From an uncultured bacterium (lineage in GTDB: Bacteria; Oederibacteriota; Muellerivitia; Muellerivitales; Muellerivitaceae): DNA of 64,000 nucleotides. The stretch covers positions 7,771-71,770 of the forward strand of contig CAZGKT010000012.1 of NCBI GenBank assembly GCA_964525605.1, written 5' to 3'. The notes below the pieces were generated by a model. The model was not told the DNA's origin and made no database searches. It saw nothing but the letters and a program-made list of their open reading frames with translations. Of this stretch, positions 1 to 8,716 are shown piece after piece; within the stretch, counting starts at the first letter, position 1, and the number at the start of each line of letters is the position of its first letter. The translations under genes were made by a program, and so were the position numbers.

Positions 1-1149
1 CGACTTTAACATTTCTCCCAGTTTTCCGATCATCACCACAGAATTCTCATCAAGCGAAACAAGGAATCTGGCATATTCGGAAGCCTTGGTGAAATCACCC
101 TTGGCCTCGGCCCGATCCAGGAGCGATTTATAAGCCTGTGTAGCCTCCGCTTTTGCGCCCCGCTTCATGGCCAGTTCCGCCTGGACCTCCAGAACCATTG
201 GGTTGTCCTTCTCAACCTTCAAGGCCCGTTGGACAACCTCATTGGCCTTATCCAATTGGTTTTGCTCCATGAGAACACGGGCCAAGTGCGCCAAAGCCCC
301 GACATGATTCACCTTGAAACGAAGCAGGTTGTCCAGTTCGGTCTTGGCTTCCGAAAATTGCTGTTTTTTGAACAGGACCACGCCCTGGATGTAATGAGCT
401 TCAATACTTTTTAGTTCAATGGCTTTCGATGCGTTTTGCTGGGCCCTTTCCAAATCCCCCACGTTCAAGGCCAGTTCGGCAAGAACTAGAAATTCTTTTT
501 TCGCTTCGCCTTCCGAACCTTGTTTAAGGAAAATTTGGGCCAGGTTGGATCTGGCGTCGAGATGGTTGGGTTCTAGATTGACGACCTTCTGGTAAATCTC
601 TTGAGCCTTTTTTAAAACCCTCGATTTTAAAAAGCTGTCGCCCACATGCATATAAGCCTCAACCGCTTCCTTGGCGAGGCCTTTCTTTTCGTATAGTTCA
701 CCCAGTTTGGAATAAGCCGCGAGGTTGTCCTTATCCAGCTTCGACACTTCTCTTAAAGCTTCGATGGCTCCGTCCACATCGCCGCTCTCCATCGCGCTTT
801 CGGCCCGAATCGTTTCTCGAATCAGGTTTTGTTGCTGAATCCCTTCCGAGGTGAGCTTGGAAGAATCAAGGTTCGCGATCTTCTTATTGACGATAACGGC
901 CTTGTCGGCTTGTCCCCGGGTTGAAAAGTCGGAAGAAACCTTGATGTACTCGTCAAAGGCTTCCCGAACCGCGCCTTTTTTGACGTAAACATCTCCCAAC
1001 ATATTGTGGGTGTTGACGTCATCCGGATCGAGAGCGATGAGTTTTTTATATTCTTCAATGGCTTTATCCCAGCGGCCTTCCTGGAAATAAATGTAAGCCA
1101 TTTTGACGATGTTTTTTTTGTCGCCACCGGCGGCGGCTGGGACGGTCAT
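1..1149 (-). CDS. TPR-repeat protein (partial; C-terminus lies beyond window start)
   Basis: Minus-strand frame opens at ATG ~1149 (MTVPAAAGGDKKNIVKMAYIYFQEGRWDKAIEEYKKLIALDPDD...) and stays open to nt 1. It is a succession of 34-aa TPR-like units. It is missing from the ORF track only because there is no in-window stop; the listed 229..414 and 822..1127 ORFs are other frames of the same region. Confidence 0.75.
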   Translation of the reverse strand, partial: MTVPAAAGGDKKNIVKMAYIYFQEGRWDKAIEEYKKLIALDPDDVNTHNMLGDVYVKKGAVREAFDEYIKVSSDFSTRGQADKAVIVNKKIANLDSSKLTSEGIQQQNLIRETIRAESAMESGDVDGAIEALREVSKLDKDNLAAYSKLGELYEKKGLAKEAVEAYMHVGDSFLKSRVLKKAQEIYQKVVNLEPNHLDARSNLAQIFLKQGSEGEAKKEFLVLAELALNVGDLERAQQNASKAIELKSIEAHYIQGVVLFKKQQFSEAKTELDNLLRFKVNHVGALAHLARVLMEQNQLDKANEVVQRALKVEKDNPMVLEVQAELAMKRGAKAEATQAYKSLLDRAEAKGDFTKASEYARFLVSLDENSVVMIGKLGEMLKS

Positions 1150-1813
1150 AACCCCTCGTAATTCCGTTCAAGATGATCGGGAAAAAGGAAAAGACAGAGG
1201 AAAAAAAGAAGCAAATCCCCTTGAATGCCTGAAAAACACTATAACATCCGAGATTTTAGTTCGCAAGGAATTGGCGGGGGTTTCACGAGAAATTGCGTCC
1301 ACTTTCACCCGTCTAAACTCATGAAATGCAAAGATCAACGAGGAAGTTAAAGATTCAACCTTGCGGGCGGGTTCTTTTCGCTTGATCGGTTTCGAGGCCA
1401 AGGGAAAAATCGGCTCTTCTTGTTCCGAACCGACCCAATGCCATGGTCTATTCGAGTTTCCCGAATTTTTTCACCGCAAAACAATGATTTTCAATGCTTG
1501 CCGTTGCATCACTCCCCGCCCCATTGGCCGCAGTGACCACCACCCGGCGGATCCCGCTGGTTGGTCCACTTGTGTTTCCAACAGCACTTTCAGCACTGAC
1601 TAGCCCTCAACAGTTTGGAGCCATTCACCGGCACGTGGTAAACGCGAAACATAGTTTTTATGATCCCGTTCCCCGTTGGACTGGAATCTTGAAGAACCAA
1701 CCTTACCCACAGTGGGTCCCTGTCAAAGTCTTTTACCCATTTTCCGCAGTCTAGCCTCCTCCCTTCATTCCAAAACCCCAAATATATGTTGTTTTATTCA
1801 ACCCGTTTTTGGC

Positions 1814-2269
1814 ATGTCGTTTGCTTTATTTGAGGGTGCGGTCGTTCAAATAAAACGCGGTGCTTTTGAACTGGCAAATGCCGTTTTAATAATCTTTCCC
1901 AAGGAACCAAAGGTGCCCGTCTCAGAAAACAAAGAAGAAAGACGTAAATATCCCCGAATCAAATTTGTGGATCGGGTGGAAATCTTTCCAGTCATTGAAT
2001 CCAAGTCCAGAAATATTTTCGAGGTGCAAAATACCCCTATCACCGTTAAAGCCGTCGATTTAAGCGAAAACGGAATCCGTCTGGAACTTGGAACTTCCAA
2101 GCCCCCAGCCCGCATCCTCAAACTTAATTTTCAGATCAACAAAGATAAATCCATCAACGTCTACGGCAAAATGGCTTGGGTTTCCGGTAAATTTCTAGGA
2201 TGTACGTTTGTCGCCATGGATAAGGAAAGCCGACAGCTGATCCGGGATTTTGTTGAAAAGTTGATTTAA
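1814..2269 (+). CDS. PilZ-domain protein (predicted c-di-GMP receptor)
   Basis: RRKYPRIKF (RxxxR) followed by DLSENGIRL (DxSxxG) gives the PilZ signature. Track ORF is 1676..2269; start moved to first ATG (MSFALFEG...) at 1814. Confidence 0.7.
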   Translation: MSFALFEGAVVQIKRGAFELANAVLIIFPKEPKVPVSENKEERRKYPRIKFVDRVEIFPVIESKSRNIFEVQNTPITVKAVDLSENGIRLELGTSKPPARILKLNFQINKDKSINVYGKMAWVSGKFLGCTFVAMDKESRQLIRDFVEKLI

Positions 2270-2364
2270 ACCCATAAACCTTCCCTCCCGAATAATCCGA
2301 CACCATACCCAAAAGTCATCGCAAGAGGTGTTGCATCCCCATTTCCTAAATCCGCCCGGGGCAA

Positions 2365-3606
2365 TCAAGGATACCTTGGAGAAACGGGCCCCGTGGGTAT
2401 GACATTTGAAGTCACGGGAGGGGTGGGGGTTAAAGCGGGCGAACTCGCCGAAGTTGCACCAGTTGCAAAGCCAATTTGTCCCGGCACGCAGGTCGGAACA
2501 GGAACTGCTAACCAAATCGAGACCGCAGATCCCCAGGACGATTTTTCCCAATTCCAATCAGTCAGCATATTGGGACAAAACTGAACGGTCATGGACCAAG
2601 CCGTGGCCCCCACAACCCCTGGCGTGCTCTTGAGCCAGGCAAAAAGATTGGTATCAAAAGTAGTGTCATCCTGGTTGCAGGCGAAGACGCTGGGTCCCAT
2701 TTCCCCCACCAGAACGGGGTGGGAGGCCAATAGGGTTCCGGGAACCTGGCCGTTCCAGGCACGGTCGGTTATGCCGTGGTCCGCGTAAAAATGGGCCGAA
2801 TAGACAATACCGTTTCCTACGTTGGTGAGTGGATAATTGGCCGCGTGACTCAAGTCCGCGCACCAGGCCAACCCCCCTGCCAGGCAAATATTTTTAGCAC
2901 CCGTAGACCTCACGGCGTTTAAGAGTCCCTGCATGCCCGGGGTCGAAAACCCGGCCCCATCACCCATCCCGCCCTTTTGCCAGAGGGTCCAGGCCGCGTC
3001 GTCATCCATTTTGTTGCTGCTGTAAGGTTCGTTATAAAGGTCGAATAGAACCGCGGGATTATTAGCGTAAAGCCCCGCCAAAGAGCTCCAAAAGGTGACC
3101 GCGTTTTGATCCGCCATGTACTGTTGCTTGGTCCTAGCGTCGGTGCCCCAGGCTCCCCCGCAGGGGGGACTGGCCGTATCCGCTTCCCCCGACCAATGCA
3201 AATCGAGAATGACGTAGGCATTGTGCTTGGAACAAAAATCAACGATATCGGAAATGAACCCTCGGTAAGTGACCAGATCGGCTCCGCCACAGCCGAACCA
3301 AAAATCCTGGTTCATCGGCAGTCGAATAATGTTGGAATGCCAGGCCGTGACGGCCTCTTGGACCGTATCCAGGGGTCTTCCCCACTCGCCGCCGGGGGGG
3401 CCATAGCCGTTACTGCAATATTCCAACCCGGCCACGTTGACCCCCTTCAGTGTGATGGGGCAACCGCTACCAGTGATAACCTGATTGCCTGAAACTAAAA
3501 GCGTGGGAGGAGCCGCGCAGGCTTGAAAGCAAAGGAAGATAATGACCGCCCCCGTCCAAAACGCTCGGGAACAACTCGGCCCTATCCCCCCAAAAATCAT
3601 TGCCAT
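2365..3606 (-). CDS. Secreted glycoside hydrolase family 5 (endo-beta-1,4-glucanase/mannanase type)
   Basis: Signal peptide MAMIFGG...FQACAAP. GH-A clan blocks present: LDLHWSGE, acid/base LYNEPY, nucleophile VLVGEMG. Confidence 0.85.
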   Translation of the reverse strand: MAMIFGGIGPSCSRAFWTGAVIIFLCFQACAAPPTLLVSGNQVITGSGCPITLKGVNVAGLEYCSNGYGPPGGEWGRPLDTVQEAVTAWHSNIIRLPMNQDFWFGCGGADLVTYRGFISDIVDFCSKHNAYVILDLHWSGEADTASPPCGGAWGTDARTKQQYMADQNAVTFWSSLAGLYANNPAVLFDLYNEPYSSNKMDDDAAWTLWQKGGMGDGAGFSTPGMQGLLNAVRSTGAKNICLAGGLAWCADLSHAANYPLTNVGNGIVYSAHFYADHGITDRAWNGQVPGTLLASHPVLVGEMGPSVFACNQDDTTFDTNLFAWLKSTPGVVGATAWSMTVQFCPNMLTDWNWEKSSWGSAVSIWLAVPVPTCVPGQIGFATGATSASSPALTPTPPVTSNVIPTGPVSPRYP

Positions 3607-3663
3607 GGTTATCCCCCGAGGAAAAACAAAGTCAAACCTGACCGTGTCTAGTTTAACAAAACG

Positions 3664-5550
3664 TCAGGGTTTCACCTCAGCCCGAAACGGCGCGGCAGGG
3701 AGGCCGGCACCATTGTAAAGGTTGCATCCAGGATCATCCGCCCAGGCATAACGCGTTCCCTTGGGATGGAACACCCGATCACTCCAAACCACGACTTCCT
3801 TACCCGATATCTTGGCTTGGGCGGGAACATACAGGTTATCTTCTCCCACAATCTCAAATCCAACTAACCGGTCACCCTTTACTTTCAATCCCTTGTCCGC
3901 ATGTTTGAAGGTTACGATCAACTTTTTCCCACTTATTTTCAGCGAGTCGAATAAGGGACCGGAGTAGGGCCCCTTTTTCCCATAGGCTTCATGAAGTGCC
4001 GCGAGGCCTAGGCGATAACCCACATCGATCTTGTCTTTGGGATGTATGGCTTTCGATTCCCCGACATCAATGAGTACCGCCAAACCCGTATGGGGGACGT
4101 CCAGAGCCGCCGCTTGAGCTTCCCGTAATTCGGGCCAGCCGTTTCCCGGCGTGGCATTCGGGTCGTGCCAATTGGGCAATTGGGCGATGATGAAAGGAAA
4201 ATCACCTTCACCCCAGGCCTTTCGCCATCCCTGAATCATGGCGGGGAGAAGTTTTTTGTAATTTTCAGCCTGGCCCACGTTGGTTTCCCCCTGGTACCAG
4301 ATCACGCCGCGCATGCCGTAAGGAATCAAGGGGGCTACCATACCGTTGAACAAGCCGACTGGCCGCATCCCCATGGGTTTCACGCAGGCGTTCAAGCAAA
4401 AACCATTCACCGCTGATAATTGGAGGGGCATGGGTTTTCCCCACCCGCTTTGTTGGAGACTATAAAAAGGAATTTGATAGGATTTCCAATCGGCGGCCGC
4501 CTCGAAAGGTTCCGAGCCATAATTGTCCCAATCCGTGACGATGGGTTGTTCTAACAGGACGTTAAATTTACCCGTGCCCTTCGCCTCAAACTCGATGAAA
4601 TCATAGGCGCTCAAGTCCACGGAGGTGTCATCCGGCGCCAGGGACGTGGTACAGTTCCCCCAACCTCCGGTCTGCACATCCGCCTTCACTTGGCCTACCC
4701 CGGAGTCCACCTGAAATGAAAAAGCGGACCCAGGTTGGGCGTTTGAGGACCAGGCACCAGTGGGAGAGGGGAGCAAGGTGATGGGTTGGTGGGCCGGATT
4801 ATTGGAAGTCAGGCGTAATCCCTTAATCTCCAGTTCCATCCTTTGAAGGCCACTGCGGGCTTTCTGTTCCGAAAGCGATAGCGAATTCCATCCAACCAAA
4901 AGGGGTTTAATGGACGGATTGGTTTCAAAGGCTTCCTCGGGCATCCAGGATTCGATCCAGGTTCCGCCCCAATAGGTTCCTATCATTCCAACAGGAACTT
5001 TCAAATCCTTATGTATTTTCTTAGCGAAATAATAGGCCGCGGCGGAAAAATTCTTGGCTGTGCCCGGATCGCAAACTTTCCAATCCCCGATGGGTTCTTC
5101 CTCGGGTTCGTTTGAAAGACGGCGACCCTGGACAAACCATCGGATGAGAGGGTTATTGGCTTTGGGCACCTCATTCGCCGAATCGCTCGTGTTATTCAGC
5201 GGCAATTCCATATTGGATTGTCCCGCAGCCACCCAGACCTCCCCTACCAGAACATCCCGGATCGTCACGGAACCGGAACCAGAAACCACCAATTCAAAGG
5301 GACCTCCAGCCTTCAGCGAAGGCAAGATGGCCTTCCATTTGCCATCCGATCCGGCCTGGGCCGTGGCCGTTTTGCCATCCATCGTAACCGTGACCGGCTG
5401 GTTGGGATTGTCCTGTCCCCAGACGGGGAGGGGCATCCCACGCTGGAGAACCATGTGGTCCCCGAACAGGGAAGGAAGTTTGATTTGGGCCATGGCCGAA
5501 CCTGACATCAGAAAAATCCAACCGCACAATAGGGTAAAAGGACGGCGCAT
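3664..5550 (-). CDS. SASA/DUF303-family SGNH carbohydrate O-acetylesterase (probable acetyl-mannan/xylan esterase)
   Basis: PSLFGDHMVLQR, VAAGQSNME (GQSN Ser block) and GVIWYQGETN blocks with an inserted beta-sandwich. Signal peptide from M19 (MRRPFTLLCGWIFLMSGSAMA). Track ORF extends to 5604. Confidence 0.8.
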   Translation of the reverse strand: MRRPFTLLCGWIFLMSGSAMAQIKLPSLFGDHMVLQRGMPLPVWGQDNPNQPVTVTMDGKTATAQAGSDGKWKAILPSLKAGGPFELVVSGSGSVTIRDVLVGEVWVAAGQSNMELPLNNTSDSANEVPKANNPLIRWFVQGRRLSNEPEEEPIGDWKVCDPGTAKNFSAAAYYFAKKIHKDLKVPVGMIGTYWGGTWIESWMPEEAFETNPSIKPLLVGWNSLSLSEQKARSGLQRMELEIKGLRLTSNNPAHQPITLLPSPTGAWSSNAQPGSAFSFQVDSGVGQVKADVQTGGWGNCTTSLAPDDTSVDLSAYDFIEFEAKGTGKFNVLLEQPIVTDWDNYGSEPFEAAADWKSYQIPFYSLQQSGWGKPMPLQLSAVNGFCLNACVKPMGMRPVGLFNGMVAPLIPYGMRGVIWYQGETNVGQAENYKKLLPAMIQGWRKAWGEGDFPFIIAQLPNWHDPNATPGNGWPELREAQAAALDVPHTGLAVLIDVGESKAIHPKDKIDVGYRLGLAALHEAYGKKGPYSGPLFDSLKISGKKLIVTFKHADKGLKVKGDRLVGFEIVGEDNLYVPAQAKISGKEVVVWSDRVFHPKGTRYAWADDPGCNLYNGAGLPAAPFRAEVKP

Positions 5551-5664
5551 GGCCAAACCTCCCGGGAAGGATATAAAAGGAAAATGTTTTGGAAGAAAAC
5601 CCATGCGTGCATTTTACTTTTTTTTGTGGGTTTTTGAAAAAGTGTTGGGTGGTAGAACTTCAGC

Positions 5665-6339
5665 TTAGGGTGTCTTTTCCCAGCCAAAGCTATCGGCGTC
5701 CACCACCCCCGGCGAGGTAAACAACGAAGAACCATTCCCGGCGAGCTGAAGGCCCACCTGGTAGACGTTGGAAACATTGGGTGCGGGGGAGGCCTGGTAA
5801 TTCGGTGCGTTCACGTTATACGTCACCTGCATCCATTGGCCGGGAACCAGCTTGACGAAGGTCCCGTTGGCGTATTGATAGGCGCTGTCCTTAAGGAATA
5901 TTTGGGCACCTATCTGGTTGGGAGCGGTCACGACGCCCGACACCAGTTTCACCCACATGGAAAGGGTCATATTGAATAAATTGAGGCCCTGGCCGGAGGA
6001 AGTGATCTGGTAATGGACCGAATATCCGGAAAGGGAAATATAGGTGGTGACACCCGCGTTGACCGAATAAGCCAGGTCAGGAACGGGAATTTCCAAAGCA
6101 TAGGGGCCCTGAAAAGCCTGGGATGTCACGGTCAGGGGCCAAGTTGAGGACAAATTCACCGGACTGGAAGAATCGTAAACCCAACTATCGGTCGTTCCGT
6201 CGTCGAAGGAACCAAAGGAAGCGATGGATGGATTGATCAAGGGGCTGATGGGGCCTGTGACTTTGCCACAGCCTGGCAAGAATAGGCCCAAGCCGATCAA
6301 TGAAAGAAAGGCCCATACGCTCATTGGAGTTTTCATCAT
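5665..6339 (-). CDS. Lipoprotein with beta-rich (CBM-like?) C-terminal domain
   Basis: Lipobox LFLPGC after MMKTPMSVWAFLSLIGLG. ATGA overlap with upstream GH5x2 gene. C-terminal domain compositionally resembles that of lipoprotein 13030..13767. Confidence 0.65.
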   Translation of the reverse strand: MMKTPMSVWAFLSLIGLGLFLPGCGKVTGPISPLINPSIASFGSFDDGTTDSWVYDSSSPVNLSSTWPLTVTSQAFQGPYALEIPVPDLAYSVNAGVTTYISLSGYSVHYQITSSGQGLNLFNMTLSMWVKLVSGVVTAPNQIGAQIFLKDSAYQYANGTFVKLVPGQWMQVTYNVNAPNYQASPAPNVSNVYQVGLQLAGNGSSLFTSPGVVDADSFGWEKTP

Positions 6340-8708
6340 CGGCCTCCCTCCAACTTTTCAGCCTGTAAGACGAACAGGTTCGCGATATTGACATCATCCG
6401 GGTTAAAACTGTTGGCGTCGCTCGAGTCGTGGGGCGCACCCAGCATCCAATAATTAGTGCCATCCCCTCCGGCTGCGTAGAACACCCTCATCATCTCATA
6501 AATCCACTGGGCTTGGTCATAGCCCGGCTTTCCCTTTTCAATGCCGAATTCCTCCATGACCACGGGTTTTTTCAATATTTCATGGGCATCCCGGACATAG
6601 GCGGTCAGGATGGCCGCGAGGGTTTTCGCGTTCCAGCCTGCGCCGTTCTGGGTCGGGTAAACGTGGAAAACGGCGTAATCGATGGAAGGGGACTGGTGGT
6701 CCCGGATAAAGTCCGTGCCCGAATAGTGGGTCCCGTTATTGGCCCTCAAGCCCTCTTCTCCGGTCGTCACCAACTGCTGGACACCCGTTTTTTTCAAGAA
6801 GCCCGCCATCTGGTCGATCCATACCGCCAGAAAATTCCCTGAGGTGTCCTTCTCATCCCGGGGCTCGTTCATCAAATCCCAGGCCATGATCGTCGGGTCG
6901 TTCTTGTAGGCGACCCCGGTGACGGTGTTGACGCGGTTGACCAGCATGGCCATCCAGTCCTGGAACCCCTTCTCAATGGCAGGGTTATCGAAAAAATCGT
7001 TCTTGACGGAGGATCCGTACCACTTGGCCCATTGGGGAGCCCCGCCAAAATCGTTCCAGTTTCCTGACAGGGCCAGGACCAAACGGATATGGTGCTTCCC
7101 GGCCGAGGCGATAACATGGTCCAGAAGCTGCAAGTTCGATTCCACGTATTGGCCGGGGGCTGTCTGGAAGTAGCGGAGTTTTTCCCAATCATCGGGAACG
7201 GGCTTGGACGATTCCCCGAAGGCCCAAGTGCGCATCACGGTAAATCCCATTTTCTCGGCTTCGCTGAAGATGTATTCCACTGAGTCGGGCATGTAATGAA
7301 TGTAATAATTATTGGTGCCCACGAAGCGGAACGGCTTATCCCCGTCGTAAAAGCCGGTTCCCTTGACCGTGATGAAATTTTTCGACCAGGGCTGGGAAGG
7401 CGCGATTAATCGCTTCAGGGGGGGCACCTCAAAGGAAAGAATATTGGAATACTGGTATCCTGAACCGGAGGCGGCCTTGACCTGAAAGTCGTAATGTTTC
7501 CCCGTCGAGAGGTTTTTCAAAAGAATCTGTTGGCTCAAGGCGGGCTGGGAAAGACCCGTTTCATGGTTCAAGAGTCCGTTTTCCCCATACCGGACGGAGA
7601 CTTGCGCCGATGTTGAGAGGACAACCGAAACCGCTTCACTAGCACCCCAATCCACGACAGGTTCCCCCTGGGGTGAGGCGGATACGCCGGTGAAGAGCCC
7701 GCTACCAACCAGAACAGCTGACTTGGATATGGCGGTCAGGGATGTTTGCAGGTCGGTCCAATGGACCGTTTGGGTAGGATCAATGGAGACCATGTAACCA
7801 GCCCCCGAATAAGCTTCTGGGGCCTGGGAATTGGCGGCGATGGGCACGACAGGCTTGCCCATTTGCTGGGCCCAGGTACCCGGGTTCGGCGCGTTGGGAG
7901 TCATCTCTTCCAATATAAAATCAACACCCGGTTGGTCCGCCAATTCCACAGCGGAAAGGCCGGGAGCGCCGGAATCCAAGGAAAGTACCACCTTCGCATT
8001 CGTTCCAAGGCTTTTTACGAAGGAAGCCATGGAAGTCGCCCATTGATCCGCGATGGCCGGATCGCCGAGTTCATAGCGGGGCGCATCGATAAGGTTGAAA
8101 GCCCAGATATTGGGATCCTTCGCGTAAGAAATGCCGGTCACCTTGTTCACCCGGCCCAGGAGCATTTGGACGTATTGCCGATACCAGGCCTTACACTGGA
8201 AATCGAGATAGAAAACCCCCGGATTGTGACTCCCAGCCCAAGCGGCGTAATATCCCTTTCCCCCTTCGGGGCCCGAATCGGCACACAAATCGAGGACCAG
8301 CTTCAACCCGGCTTTTCCGGCCGCGGCTGTCATCTGGTCCAGCTTGGCCAGGGCGGCCTCGTCCCAGGTTCCGGGACCGGTTTGAAGGGGCATAGGCGCT
8401 TTACCCAGGGAAAATGCGTTGGTTTTTACCACCCACACCCCGGCAGCCTTGGCCTGGGAGAAAAAGGCGGTGAGCTGGTCGGGGGACATGCGGTATAGCC
8501 CAGGGGCTTCCAATCCAGTCAGGTAAACCGGTTTGCCATCGGTCTGAAGGGAAAGACCGTCCACCTGCAAACCTCGGGCGGAAGTCGCGACAGCGGCGGT
8601 AAGGGAAGCTTTTCCTTTTTTCTTCTTGGCCGCCGCCTGTGCCCGCGGAACCGCCAGCGCCAAGACCAGGAAGACCACCATCAGCGGGATTAATGCTTTT
8701 GTTTTCAT
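6336..8708 (-). CDS. Secreted tandem GH5-like protein (two TIM-barrel domains separated by an FN3-like segment)
   Basis: Signal peptide MKTKALIPLMVVFLVLALAVPRAQA. ATG at 8708 preferred (AGGA 8 nt upstream); track ORF starts at GTG 8747. Domain 2 has TWAF / WDLMNEPR / VMEEFG. Domain 1 is paralogous but reads FNLIDAPR. Confidence 0.85.
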   Translation of the reverse strand: MKTKALIPLMVVFLVLALAVPRAQAAAKKKKGKASLTAAVATSARGLQVDGLSLQTDGKPVYLTGLEAPGLYRMSPDQLTAFFSQAKAAGVWVVKTNAFSLGKAPMPLQTGPGTWDEAALAKLDQMTAAAGKAGLKLVLDLCADSGPEGGKGYYAAWAGSHNPGVFYLDFQCKAWYRQYVQMLLGRVNKVTGISYAKDPNIWAFNLIDAPRYELGDPAIADQWATSMASFVKSLGTNAKVVLSLDSGAPGLSAVELADQPGVDFILEEMTPNAPNPGTWAQQMGKPVVPIAANSQAPEAYSGAGYMVSIDPTQTVHWTDLQTSLTAISKSAVLVGSGLFTGVSASPQGEPVVDWGASEAVSVVLSTSAQVSVRYGENGLLNHETGLSQPALSQQILLKNLSTGKHYDFQVKAASGSGYQYSNILSFEVPPLKRLIAPSQPWSKNFITVKGTGFYDGDKPFRFVGTNNYYIHYMPDSVEYIFSEAEKMGFTVMRTWAFGESSKPVPDDWEKLRYFQTAPGQYVESNLQLLDHVIASAGKHHIRLVLALSGNWNDFGGAPQWAKWYGSSVKNDFFDNPAIEKGFQDWMAMLVNRVNTVTGVAYKNDPTIMAWDLMNEPRDEKDTSGNFLAVWIDQMAGFLKKTGVQQLVTTGEEGLRANNGTHYSGTDFIRDHQSPSIDYAVFHVYPTQNGAGWNAKTLAAILTAYVRDAHEILKKPVVMEEFGIEKGKPGYDQAQWIYEMMRVFYAAGGDGTNYWMLGAPHDSSDANSFNPDDVNIANLFVLQAEKLEGGR

Positions 8709-8716
8709 GATCATTC

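Noticed and set aside
7746-8498. 250-aa plus-strand ORF (Gly/Arg/Pro-rich)
   Set aside because: It is entirely antisense to the strongly supported tandem-GH5 gene. The composition is typical of a mirror frame in GC-rich DNA. It has no RBS or motifs.
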